In this document: piece after piece, positions 1 through 12,668 of the stretch
How positions within the stretch are numbered: the first letter of the stretch is position 1
How the letters are laid out: every line of letters begins with the position of its first letter
DNA from: Hydrurus foetidus
Lineage: Eukaryota
Reading direction: 5' to 3'
Length of the DNA: 20,675 nucleotides
NCBI GenBank assembly: GCA_900617105.1
Contig: UYFQ01000543.1
Location: 62,001 to 82,675 of the forward strand
Translations under genes and position numbers: made by a program
Notes under the pieces: generated by a model
What the model was told of the DNA's origin: nothing
Seen by the model: only the letters and a program-made list of their open reading frames with translations
The model's database searches: none

Positions 1-35
1 ATCCGCTCTCTGCTTTCTTTTCATCTAATCTAATG

Positions 36-70
36 TACTGTACTGTACTGTACTGTACTGTACTGTACTG
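36..70. repeat. (TACTG)7 pentanucleotide microsatellite inside an intron, directly before a splice acceptor
   Basis: Seven perfect TACTG units at 36-70, followed by CACTAG (AG acceptor at 75-76). Confidence 0.95.
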
Positions 71-76
71 CACTAG

Positions 77-1482
77 GCCGCGTGCGATTTGTCAGACATT
101 CAATGTGCAGCTGCACTAGCGCACAGTAAAGAACAGAACGGTGACTCGAAGACAAGCAGCAGCAGTAAGAATAGCAACGACAGGGCGACCAGCATGAACC
201 CGTTCCCAGGGTCCACTAGAGGGTACCCCAAGACAGAGGAGGAAATAAGGCGCATAGATGATGAGGTTATGAGGCTAAAGAAGGCAGAACAGGTGGTGCC
301 AGAGGAGGAAGAGGAGGAGGAGGGAGTGGAGGTAAATCTGAATGAAGGGCTGGATGACGTCGAGAGCGCTGACTTGAGGGAACTGATGAAGATAGCCGGT
401 CTAGCGGAGGACAATGAACAACAACAATTAGAAGAAGAAGAGGCAGACACAGGATACAGTGACATTGAGATCTACAGAGACAAATTAGACGCTGACGTGG
501 CCTCACGTGCCACAGAGATCGTTACAGCAAGGGCCACACGAGGTGCACAATACATCGCTGAGAAAGCTTCTCTCTCCCTCAGGGATCTAGCGAAACTAGA
601 GCCGTGTGGTGTGCTGGCAGTGTGTCCGTCACTGGAACCCAAGGATGTGGAGCATGTCGGAAGGTGCGTGCATTGACTTGACTGTCCATGGAATACCATG
701 TCCATGCCCATATCCATATATGTAGATTGCATCTAATACTCCTATACTGTTGTGTTGTGATGCACTTCATCAAACACTTATCACTTTCAAATTTTATTCT
801 CTACTTTTTTCATTTCTGAATTTAGGTCTCTGAGGATTCCTTCCTTTTTGATATTCGGTGAGCTGGACACGAATCCAGGAGCTGGATTAGCTGCAGCTGA
901 GGAATTGCACGCCCTGCTATCGGACAGACTGAGCGAGGTGCGTGTGTCAATGTTTATGTTAATGTTGATGCTGATGCTGTTCAAGCACATGTCCCACCCC
1001 CCCTAAGATAGTTATGTTGTCACGGGAGAATTTGATACATGAATGTAATGTATCGTGCCGTACCGAACGTACTGTAGGTGGCCGATTTGTCAATTCGGGT
1101 GTATCAAGGCAGACAAACCGGATTCGCCCATTCTCCAAAGACACTCGAAGACAGAAAATGCGCACAGGTTTTTGATTTCGCTTTCTATGCCCTGCCCTAC
1201 ATTCCTCATTGACTGATCTTCTTCTGTCTTTCCTTTCTCCTGTGTTTGTGTGTTTGGTGTATATAGGAGGCAGCAGCGATAGGGGCGATATGGCTGGACG
1301 TGTTCTCATCAGACCCATCGGAACGCACGGACGGAACGGGACTGACCCGCCTTTCCGACTCCTTCTCATTCATATCAACCAAAGACATGGCCAGACAGAC
1401 GTTACAGGCCTCTTCGGTTGCCACCTATCTGCACGATGACCCTGCTCTGTTCCGAAATGATAGACTGGCAGACGACGTCTAA
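77..1482 (+). CDS. 3' part of a spliced gene for a dienelactone-hydrolase-like (alpha/beta hydrolase fold) protein; 5' exons lie outside the window
   Basis: GT-AG exons 77-663, 826-937, 1078-1167 and 1267-1482 join in frame. The product includes LRIPSFLIFGELD (strand + catalytic-Asp position), IRVYQGRQTGFAH (cf. DLH VYxGxxHGF) and EAAAIGAIWL (terminal helix). Stop TAA at 1480-1482. Family call from motif resemblance. Confidence 0.7.
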
Positions 1483-1993
1483 ACGACTGGACAATTTCAT
1501 CATCATTACTATTGTTTTGCTTATTTCGAACATTTGTAGCAAATTGTAATTTTATTGTACATAACTCGTATTATAACGTGAAATTCAGTATCCAATGGTC
1601 AGGCAAGGCCCCCTTGAGTCAGGCGTCGGCACTTCTTCGGAGCTCCGTCATACGATGATTTGAGTACGTGCCTCCCGCAACATCGGCTGCGATTGCGCCG
1701 CATGCGAAGCGGTTAACTGCATCGTGTCTCATGTACTTCATATCTCTGAGAGGACAACGCATGAAAATATTCTCTACCCTGCTGGCTGGGGAAACTGGGA
1801 TCGAATCTTCAGATCAGATCTTTGAAAAAATCCTAAAAAATCTGTAATCCCGTGAAATCCAAAACACGAAACATCTTTCACACACGACAGAGAGAGACAA
1901 AGATCAAAGATCGCTGCTGAAGATTTTGTCAAGGAGCTCTTAAAGTTTCAACATTCCAGTGAGAAAAGGACAAACATAACAATAATAATTAAG

Positions 1994-3417
<1,424 letters not shown>

Positions 3418-3981
3418 GATCGACTCAAGAATTGCTTCTGCACGCGGTAGACGAACTCTCCGCACTGTTATTCTGCTGCACTAACTAGCATGTCTCCGAG
3501 TACTATCGAAACTACGACTCTGGCAAAGAATCAGTTTAGACAACACGCCTTTCAATGCTCTTCATACGAAAATAAATAAACTCATTCGAGGCACAGCTTT
3601 TTCTCTTAAATATCGCCTATGATCCGTGACGCGATTACGAGATGAGAGGACCTCTGCAATGAAGACACAGTAATTGGGCTCTGACACATAGCAAGAGCCT
3701 CCAACTGTTGATAACTCGGGGGCAGTTAAAAAGAAAGGATATGCAAAGCTATTGTAGACTGCGCCTGGATCTCGTGATGGAGGGGACGCCTCCCCCAAAC
3801 GGGCCGAAGATTCGTTATGGGGTAAAAGATGATGTCATCTTTTTTGTTTTTGCATGCCACAAAACGATTTTAGATTTTCCCCATCGAGTGCGTTGGAGAG
3901 TCAACAAGCAGTGAGTATGCATACCTCGGCTGTGCCATACGTCCATCTAACCCCATATCCTTCTACCGCCACCTCTTGAAA

Positions 3982-4947
3982 ATGTCGAAGAAGATCGCAA
4001 AGGTGAGATACTGCCTTTCTAGCCAATCGCCCAATTAATTTAGCGTGATTTCAACTAAACATCTAATGACTTGACTCGTTCAATTGAATGCAAGGCCCTC
4101 ATTGGTGGTAACTGGAAGTGCAATGGCACTGTAGCTTCCATCCAGTCGATGGTGAGCGTCCTCAACAAGGCTGGCCCTTTCTCCGCCAACTCCGAGGTCG
4201 TTATTGCTGCCCCATCTATCCACCTTGGCACCTTAAAGACTCTCTTCAGACCTGATATCGCTGTGTCCGCTGAAGATGTCGGATTCAAGAAGGGATATGG
4301 CGCCTACACAGGTTAGCCTAATACCACTTGTTTCAATTAGACAACTGTCTATTGAATGTACGGGCAACTGTCAATCAAATTTGCTGTACTCATTTTCTAT
4401 ATCTCTGGCAGGTGAACAGAGTGCTGAAATCCTCGCCGATTTCGGTATCAAGTGGACCCTGACTGGCCACTCAGAGCGCAGAGTGGGCTTCGGCTACGCT
4501 GGTGAGACATCACAGGTTGTAGGCGTCAAGACAAAGAACGCCATTGATGCTGGTATCTCCGTCATGGCGTGCATTGGTGAGCAGCTCGCTGACCGCCAGG
4601 GAGGCAACACAATGAAAGTGTGCGCTGAGCAGCTCGAGGGCATCAAGGCAGCCATCACTGAGGCTGACTGGAAGAAAGTGGTTATTGCTTACGAGCCTGT
4701 ATGGGCCATCGGAACAGGCGTAACCGCCAGTCCTCAGCAAGCTCAGGACACACACGCAGAGATCCGTCAGTGGCTGCACAAGAACATCTCCGCCACAGTG
4801 GCGGCAGAGACACGCATCATCTACGGAGGATCCGCATCCGGAGCCAACTGTGATGAATTGTACGCCATGCACGACATCAACGGATTCCTTGTTGGAGGCG
4901 CATCGTTGAAGGAAGAGTTCGTCAAAATTATCAACTGCACCAAGTAG
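3982..4947 (+). CDS. TPI: Triosephosphate isomerase, paralog 2 (3 exons, ~257 aa)
   Basis: Exons 3982-4002, 4095-4311 and 4412-4947 total 774 nt. [49 protein letters not shown]; stop TAG at 4945-4947. Confidence 0.96.
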
Positions 4948-5487
4948 AGTGAAAACTGGCATGCTTGTACTGGATTCCTTTTCTACTCTTTCTCATGATC
5001 TCTTATGCTGCGTTTTCTATAAGTGACTGTCGTCATTCCAAATGAAGCTCTTAATATTAAATTGTAAAAAAATAAATTAGTTAACTTGAATGCTGATATA
5101 CAGTCTAGACGATCGATTTGGGAAAAATGTAGTGAGCAACTCGGCATTCTTTCTCGCCAAGAATATTCAACCTTGAAACCTCGGAGTATTTACAAGTTGC
5201 ATGTACTAGCCTTTGCAAGCGTTAAACCAAATTGAAGTCAGGAGCCTTACGGATGAACACGAAATTGCCACGTGGGTGGGGAGCATATACAATTTGAAGT
5301 AAGTACGTACAATAAGTAAGTACGGTGAGCGCACAAAACCGTATGCGCTGAAGTGAACTTTTCAGGGTGTACTATTGGGCGTGGGATATTATTCTACTCT
5401 AATTGAATATTATGAAAGTAGGAGCATTGTATAATTTTGAGAATAGAGAGTAGAATATGGTGATATATATACCGCATTTACTTTGAT

Positions 5488-8400
5488 TTAGTACCACTTA
5501 TTAAGGATTATGAGAATAACAGAAACATTGTCCCTTGAGTGTCTTTTCTTAATCGCTTCGTGGGTTAAGTTGTGGCAACACTTCTGTGCGTCTCCATGCT
5601 CGAGCATATTTTCTCTCACAAATTTTACGACATCTTCTCCGGTGAAGACATCGAAAAGGCCGTCACAGGCTACCAAAAGAAACTGATCGTTCTCAGTAAT
5701 AGTAGTCACCTGATTAGTGGAGAGTAAAGAGATGACAGCCAGTTAGTAAGTGAGATGTAGCAATATGGGAAATAAATGAGATGTGTAAGTTGCGCCAGAG
5801 GCGCTCTGAGTGACGTTGGTAAGAGGAGATGAGAAGGGTTATGACGTCATTGACAAGACGTAATGAAGTGGGTTGAGTAGAGTTGATGGCTTACAATTAA
5901 GGTCAAGTCGATTCGCAGGTGCGTTGATTGCTATACTAGAGAAGAAGCATGCAAGCCGTTACAGTTGGTTGAGATGGAGTGTGAGCACGCGAAAGCAACC
6001 CTATAAGCTCATACAACGTAACATGATAAGTATGCAGAGGGGGTAAGTGTGAGGGTACGCGGTAGACTTCTTACTACAAAACATGACATGGCATGACCAG
6101 TAGGTGCAGTGCGTGGGTGACACAATAATCTCCCTATGGCACGTCGTGACATGATAGATGCATGGCACGACACGATGAACAGATAGATACCCACCTCTAT
6201 ATCGGGTTCTGCTATCACAAGTGAGTGGTCCCAAGGCATGTCGTTGGTGTCGTCTCCACTGTCACTCTCGCATCTCTTCCCATTCGGGCTGGGACTAGTA
6301 CCGCTAGGACTGCTGCTGTTATACCCCGGGTCCGCGAGGGGGGAGTGGGAATGCGAATGAGAGTTCCTCCGCCCTCCCCCTCCCTGGGAGTTGAGATGTA
6401 AGCCTTGAACATCCACACCGACCGCTAGTTGCTCTTTGCCTTCCCCTCCCTTCTCCTCCCCATTGCAGTGATTTTTTCTTCCTGATCTCCCCCTCGATCC
6501 TCCAAGTCTTTTATCTTTGTCACCAGCAGTCTATCACAATAAATAAAATCATTTCGATCATGAAATTAGTGTAGGATTGTAACAGTGTTAAAATGCATTC
6601 TGATTCTAAACTATTCAGATTATCGTAATAAAAAAGAAATACTTAAGGCACCATGAGACATGATGGAACAGCGAATATAAAAGCTGTTAAAGAGAACAGT
6701 ATGTTACTCACCGGTACACCCTTTTTGAATTCCGAGTCACCGAATGCGCGGGATACAGCCAGCTCCCCCATAACTCTGAAAAACAAAACAGAAGATCGGA
6801 TACAAAGGTCACATAGGGAATACTTACTGAAATTATGACCCGAAACGGAGATGCAAAGTGGTGTATAAAGGTAGTCATATAATCACAACCCTAATGATAT
6901 GTCGGAGCACAACACAGATGAGATAGGAATGCCTAAACCAGAATACTTGACACTCACCAATATTTTCGAGTGTAACTAAAACCAATGTAATATTCGCAAC
7001 AAATCAAACATAACCTGCAACCGTATAAATTCAGTAGAACAGAGTAGAGAAGAGTGGAGTAAACTAGAACGCACCTGTTATTGAAGATGAATCCACCGGC
7101 CTCTCTTATTCGTTGCGCTTCATCTTCTCTGGATGCCTTGTGATCTTGAGACATCGGAAAGGGCGCGAAGTTCCTATCATATAGTAGCGCATTAATGGGT
7201 AGAGGTCAAAAAGAAAGAAAGAGAGAGAGAGAGAGATAAAAAAAGAGTCGAGAAGGAATGAGAAAGGGTCAAATAAAAAGAAGAAAAGTAAAGAATGGGG
7301 AGGGTGATGATGATGTACCTGCACAGTAGCGTCCTGGAGTCTCCCACATTAGGACAGAACAGCCTATGACCTGAATTAATATAATAATGCAGATACTGAG
7401 GCGTTAGATTATATATATGGAGGGAGAAATTAAAATAAAAGTTAAAATAAGAAATCGTAACAGAATTGTAAGAAAAAATGAGTAGAGAGATCCATACAAA
7501 ATTCGGGTGAAATGCTCCAAAAATTAGTGGTAACATATATCAAACAGAATTTAGATGTCAAATCAAGATATCAGGAATCAAATCAAATTGATAGAGTGCA
7601 ATAGATCGAGCGTCACTGGCAAATGTTAATTAATCAATTTATGATATCTTTGAATATTGGGGCACTATCTTATCAAGTGATGGTATCTCTGTAAATTAGA
7701 TGGACCCACCTAATATGAGAGCGACAGTTGCCGTGGAGCCATGTTGAGGATGACTGGATGTCGTGAGGAAGTCGTTGTCAGTCTTTAGAAAAGCTTCCTT
7801 GAGCGCCTTGATAACAATGCGGTCTAATTTCTCTTTGACTGACATGGTGTTTACATTGCGAGATAAAGCGTTGCTGCCTCTCACCCCTATTCCGGTCACC
7901 CCTACTACCTGTGACGTACTCAGATCGGATACGCCTGTTTGTTGCAGAGCAGAGGATATTGTTGTCAACCCCTCCCTCTCTCTTTCCCTTTCTCTCTCCC
8001 TGTCTTTGTCCTTCTCTTTATCTCTTCCTTTTTCACCTCCTTTCGATTCAAGATCGCTCCAAATTGAGGCGCTCTCTAATACTGACAATAAATCATCCGC
8101 TACTTTCATCAGTCCATCGGCAACATTAATATGAAGATTTTGAGACAAGTAAGCAGATGCCTCAGACCCTCCATGACCGTCAAACACACCGAAAAAGGAG
8201 TGGGGAGATAAATCACGCACGCATAAAGGACTCATGTTAAGGTGTTGCACTATCGCACAGGAGTCTTCCATAGTTTGTCTGTGTCCAATTTCCTCAGACA
8301 CTCCGAAATCATATCTATTGATCGAGAACCCAGTCCGTCCCACCAATATGTGGTCGTTAAGATTTAGCCGCAATCTGCCGCCATACGGCCCAACAAGCTG

Positions 8401-9633
8401 TACGTATGTTCCATTCGTAGATCCGTAGTCACTAACTACAAATCTATTCAAATCCTTGTCGAATTCAATTTTAGAATGTCGTCTAGATAGCTCTTTATCA
8501 GGCACACAGATCGCGTTTTCTGATGATCTCCCCACAGTCGAGGCGGTTTGTTTTGTAATAAACCTTGATTCGTTCTTAAGGGGCCCTTCTATTATGTCGA
8601 TTTTCAGATCTCCTCGTTCATTCATTCCAGCACTGCGGAATACTGAGTTGCCTGAAACAATAGATTGACGATGCAATTGATGGAGATAAGTCAGGACTGA
8701 GATGCACTTAAAATTTCACCTATTCGAGAGCAGAATTTAATTCATCATCTCAGAGTAATCAATATATCACAGTGGTGGAAACTGAGAGTTACTGAACAGT
8801 GAAGTAGGTATAACAATCTCAATCCCCAACATTTAATCACAATTCAAGCAGCATCACCCGTATAGAATTTCTACTCAGTACAGCTGGCAATGAGTCTGTG
8901 TAGCTGATAGGTCCAGCGTTTCGTCTCGCTGTTCCTTACCTGCTGAGAATTGAGAGCCTTCGTCTATAATCCATTTATTCTTATGTCCTCCAACTCCAAT
9001 GCGCACGCTTGCAGCAAAATCATATCCGCAGTCTATTATGTAAAAATGACCCTTCAAATACTGTATTATCGAATGGGCTTCAGGCGCTAGACGCACGTCA
9101 GACGGAACGTGGATTTCATTTGATTTGTCTCTCCCAATTTTAGCGCCTGCTGTCCCGACAAAAAATGACGGAGCTTCCGAATTTGCCTCCGACAATGTGG
9201 TAAACTTCAAAACGATACTTGTTAGACGCTCTCCTTGAAAAGGTGACTGTGATATCGCATATTCACCAGATTCTTCATGCTCATGTCGGCCTTTAAATGA
9301 AGATGATTTTTTCTCAGAAACTTTCCCAGAAAATTCCTTGAAATGTGATTCATATCTTTCCGTAAACTCCTCCTCAGAAAGGTCTTTTAGTTTGCTCTTC
9401 TGATGTCTAATAAACTCCGAGATGGGGTGATCTCTGGACAACGTTTCATGGTCCATGAAACCTGCAACAATTTATCACAGAATGATCACGTCCCAATTAC
9501 GCACTGAAATTTGTAATTTGCGCGGCAGACGCGACTTCATATCAAACCATGAGCTGAGATTTTAGTTACCTTCGTTTTTTTCGATTTCGTCGATAGTTCT
9601 CCTGCTCAAGTCTGATTCGGCTTTGTGAGACAT
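5488..9633 (-). CDS. PP2C/PPM-family protein phosphatase with two N-terminal FHA domains (8 exons, ~766 aa)
   Basis: Exons 9633-9570, 9461-8940, 8651-7710, 7370-7319, 7173-7075, 6775-6712, 6530-6195 and 5709-5488 total 2301 nt, in frame with GT-AG. PP2C motifs RQTMED, FFGVFDGHGG, GSTA, NVGDSR, DHK, LAVSRAFGD, EPD, ACDGLFD and SRDNVSV. Canonical FHA (VGRS..LSRRHS..DYGSTNGT) is preceded by a degenerate FHA (IGRD..AHS). Confidence 0.93.
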
Positions 9634-10736
9634 CAAGCAGTTTGACAACACGTTCTACTGCAAAATAAGCGTGAAAATGCTACAATCGCAGATTCATTTT
9701 TCGGGGTGGAGATACAATTCCATTCATCCAGATTACAGAATGTCGTCGCAAGCGTTACAAAAGCCTCTAATAAACACTACATTTCCCGTGTTCATACACT
9801 ACAGTATGGGCTGCTGTGTGTCAAACTCGGGAACTGTACACACACCCAATCCGTAGGTAATACTGTAGGCAGTTGAAGCTTTTACTGTAAAATGCGATGT
9901 CGAAGCCTTTGTAGAAACCGTTTTTGGAAAAAAAATGTCGGACCGGACGTCTCCTCGGGGGTGAAACAGTATTTCTGTACGGGCGATTTCTCCGATATAA
10001 TATACTGGTACGTGGGCTCCAGCGTGACCCCATAAAACAAATCTAAATGCGAAGTCATCATAGCAACGCATTAGTGTTAGTTCCTCTCTATGCATTGTCT
10101 ACTACTATTCTACGCCGTGCAATCGAACTCAGCCAATATTATTCTTTCGTCATCAGTAGTTTCTGATATCTCGCCAACCCATAAATGATACGAGAATACT
10201 TCATGGCACACATTCAAATGCCTGAATAAACGGATGCAAGTGCTACATCTTGCTCATTATAACTCGGTCTTGCGAAATACATATACAGTCCTAAAAATGC
10301 AAAACCTAAAGAAAACACTTGTGTACGAGACTATTATCTGTCCGATGATATTTGAATGATGTTCAAGGAAGGAATTGTCAACTATAGTATCTCTTAATAT
10401 TTTGTTTAGATTACTACTTCAGAAAGCAGATAAAATTAGTTCATATGCCGTTTACAGATAACTTGGCAAGGTTGTAATATTTTCTTCATATCCACAGAAA
10501 GAATTCTCTTGCCATTTTCGTATCTGTGCCTGATCAAATTTGCGAATGTTTGATGTAAGATAATCTAACTGTGGTGATGCATATGTAATTCAGATAAAAA
10601 ATGTCATCAAAGTGCCAGATACAGTGCTGGGAAATAATTGGAGCAATAATTGTTGAGTCTTTCGAAGCAGCAGTGTCGTATCTGGCAACACTGGAAGTCC
10701 CCAGGCACTTCAATATCACTTGAGTATATCCGAATA

Positions 10737-11390
10737 TCACTTCTTAAGCAATATGATATCCAAAAGCCAACACCCTCTGACTTGCGTCAAGTAGAAGTCG
10801 AAGAAATTTACACCTCTATTATTCAAACTATTCTGCCAATCTGTGATCTTCACTTGCTGTCGGACAGATAAGCTGTCAGATAGTTGCTCTAATTCTCCGA
10901 TCAATTCGGAAGACTTGAAATCGATCAAGCAATTGTAATCTGAGCTTCTAAGGAATCTGCCATAAGCAGCTGGATCTAGTCCTCCTTCTGCCAATGGACC
11001 TGTTGGCGATTTAAATTCTAATACGACACATGCTCCATGATCTAACTGAGGATCGTCATTGTTCAATAAAGCAGCTAGGCAAATACGGACAACATCCTGA
11101 GCAGAGTATTCTGGTAGCGGGACCTGTCCTTTTCTAACTAGTGCTATGCGAGTCCCTTTCCATGGTTTCCCCTCTGGACCACTCAAGAACTGTTGATATT
11201 CAGGGTCAGTATTTCCCGTTGGATCAAAATCAACGTTTCCACTAACTCCGAGTCTACTGCAGAGTCCGACGTTCTTCTCGCAAACTCTGTTCTGGTTATA
11301 TCTACGCGATGATAGTAGATATTTCGTTGATCCGAAGGAAGCTCCAGTTGCAAAAATGCTGAATATGAAGCTGATATACAGTAAAGCCAT
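10737..11390 (-). CDS. Intronless 217-aa DUF4864-like protein with a probable bipartite plastid-targeting presequence
   Basis: ATG-to-stop ORF. Hydrophobic N-terminus MALLYISFIFSIFATGA is followed by SF and an S/R/K-rich stretch. Core SAQDVVRICLAALLNNDDPQLDHGACVVLEFKSP and C-terminal GCWLLD resemble the DUF4864 pattern as I recall it. Confidence 0.75.
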   Translation of the reverse strand: MALLYISFIFSIFATGASFGSTKYLLSSRRYNQNRVCEKNVGLCSRLGVSGNVDFDPTGNTDPEYQQFLSGPEGKPWKGTRIALVRKGQVPLPEYSAQDVVRICLAALLNNDDPQLDHGACVVLEFKSPTGPLAEGGLDPAAYGRFLRSSDYNCLIDFKSSELIGELEQLSDSLSVRQQVKITDWQNSLNNRGVNFFDFYLTQVRGCWLLDIILLKK

Positions 11391-11532
11391 CGTGAAGAGA
11401 CAACGGTAGGGCCTCTTTTGGACTACTCTGTTGCTATCTTGATTGGTACTGCTGTGGAGCCGTGATGCCGTGATTTACAGTAAAATGTATCAACTCAACT
11501 ACGGGCTGGTAGCGCCAAGAAGCAGGAATAAC

Positions 11533-11620
11533 TAGAGCTTCCTGCCGGAGCTAAAATTGGGCTTCGGTAAATGTACCGGAGCTGAATTGGCATTTACCGG
11601 TCATACCGGCCGGTAAATCC
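11533..11620. repeat. Putative hAT terminal inverted repeat and subterminal repeat cluster
   Basis: Starts TAGAG. CCGGAGCT(A/G)AA(A)TTGG occurs at 11545-11560 and 11576-11590. CGGTAAAT occurs at 11565 and 11611, with its inverse ATTTACCG at 11592. Confidence 0.6.
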
Positions 11621-12668
11621 GAAACCGTGTAAGAAAGAGCACTATACCCAACAATCCAACCACTGTACTCAATGCTGATACTCAACACTTCGACTATCGA
11701 ACACGCAAGCACAATTCGATAGCGCCAATGAGTCATTACTCAACTCCCGGCCGCTGGAGTGACCAGACGATCAGATACGGCTTGAATCTCATGGAAAGTC
11801 GGCGGATGTGATAAGTTTTGGTTGCCTTCATTTCTTGTTCTGAGTGAGATCCTCGAAATTTATGTGGGATGTCTGGAGAAATTGCTGAAGCAGAAGGACA
11901 GGATGACATCGGAATCATCACGCGGTGATTTTTCCCACTTCTAAGGTCTGATTACTGCTGCCGAAGCACGCCGTTGCTTCCGACAGGAGGCCGAATCGAG
12001 AAATCGTCCCTGTCATTTTAACCGCTCAAAAAATCCCCTATCTGATTTCATCCACAGCGTCATCCGACGTCTTTTGACGACACCAGCAGCTTTAGCATGG
12101 GAAGTGGAAAAGATCGCGGTGACTGGGTTGCGAAGAAGCCAAATGGATCCGGAGATATCGCAATTTTCGTTGTAAGCTGTAGCACAGTAAAATTATCAAT
12201 ATCTCATCACCTCCTGATCAACATAATGTCATTTCGGACTTCAAACTTTTACATACCGCTACATCATGTACCAATTAAGAAACATTTCGTCGAAGTTGGT
12301 AATCAATCCTTGCTCAGAGATTTTTTAAGTCGAGAAAAAAAAATTCTTTCGCCGACACTACTACTGGGGCCTATACCAGAAGTAAATCAGATGTGGGTCG
12401 ACAAGAGCGCCATTGGGAATTTTGACTGTTGCAGCTTTCGATCAATTGCGTCACCCGTTCGGACGTGAGGGATGGAGATCGCTGCTCCCGTGAAATGATA
12501 AGTCGAGAATAGAGTATCAAAATTGGCTTACTAATTATTAATTAATAATTATGACAGGTACTTAAAAAGAACGGTTGCCCTCAAGATCGGCAACCCGTCT
12601 ACTAATCGTCAGTGGTTTAAGGATAGGAGAATAAGTCAACTACCAATTACATCATCGTTTATTTGTTG

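Noticed and set aside
959..1439. Alternative ORFs 959-1369(-), 1206-1424(-) and 1209-1439(+)
   Set aside because: They are explained by the overlapping spliced + strand DLH-like gene.
1600..1820. GC-richer intergenic stretch with small hairpins (possible tRNA or snoRNA)
   Set aside because: I could not build a cloverleaf, a T-loop consensus or a proper C/D box pair.
1856..1993. Open frame upstream of the TPI1 ATG containing KIAAEDF, similar to the TPI IAAEDV segment
   Set aside because: There is no ATG or clear acceptor, and the similarity is only a few residues; likely coincidental 5' UTR.
9799..10095. 98-aa minus-strand ORF upstream of PP2C
   Set aside because: It has no recognisable motif or convincing splice link, and PP2C has its own in-frame first exon at 9633-9570.
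11507..11516. TGGTAGCGCC, a tRNAiMet-PBS-like sequence
   Set aside because: It is not preceded by an LTR-terminal CA and not followed by gag; treated as a chance match.
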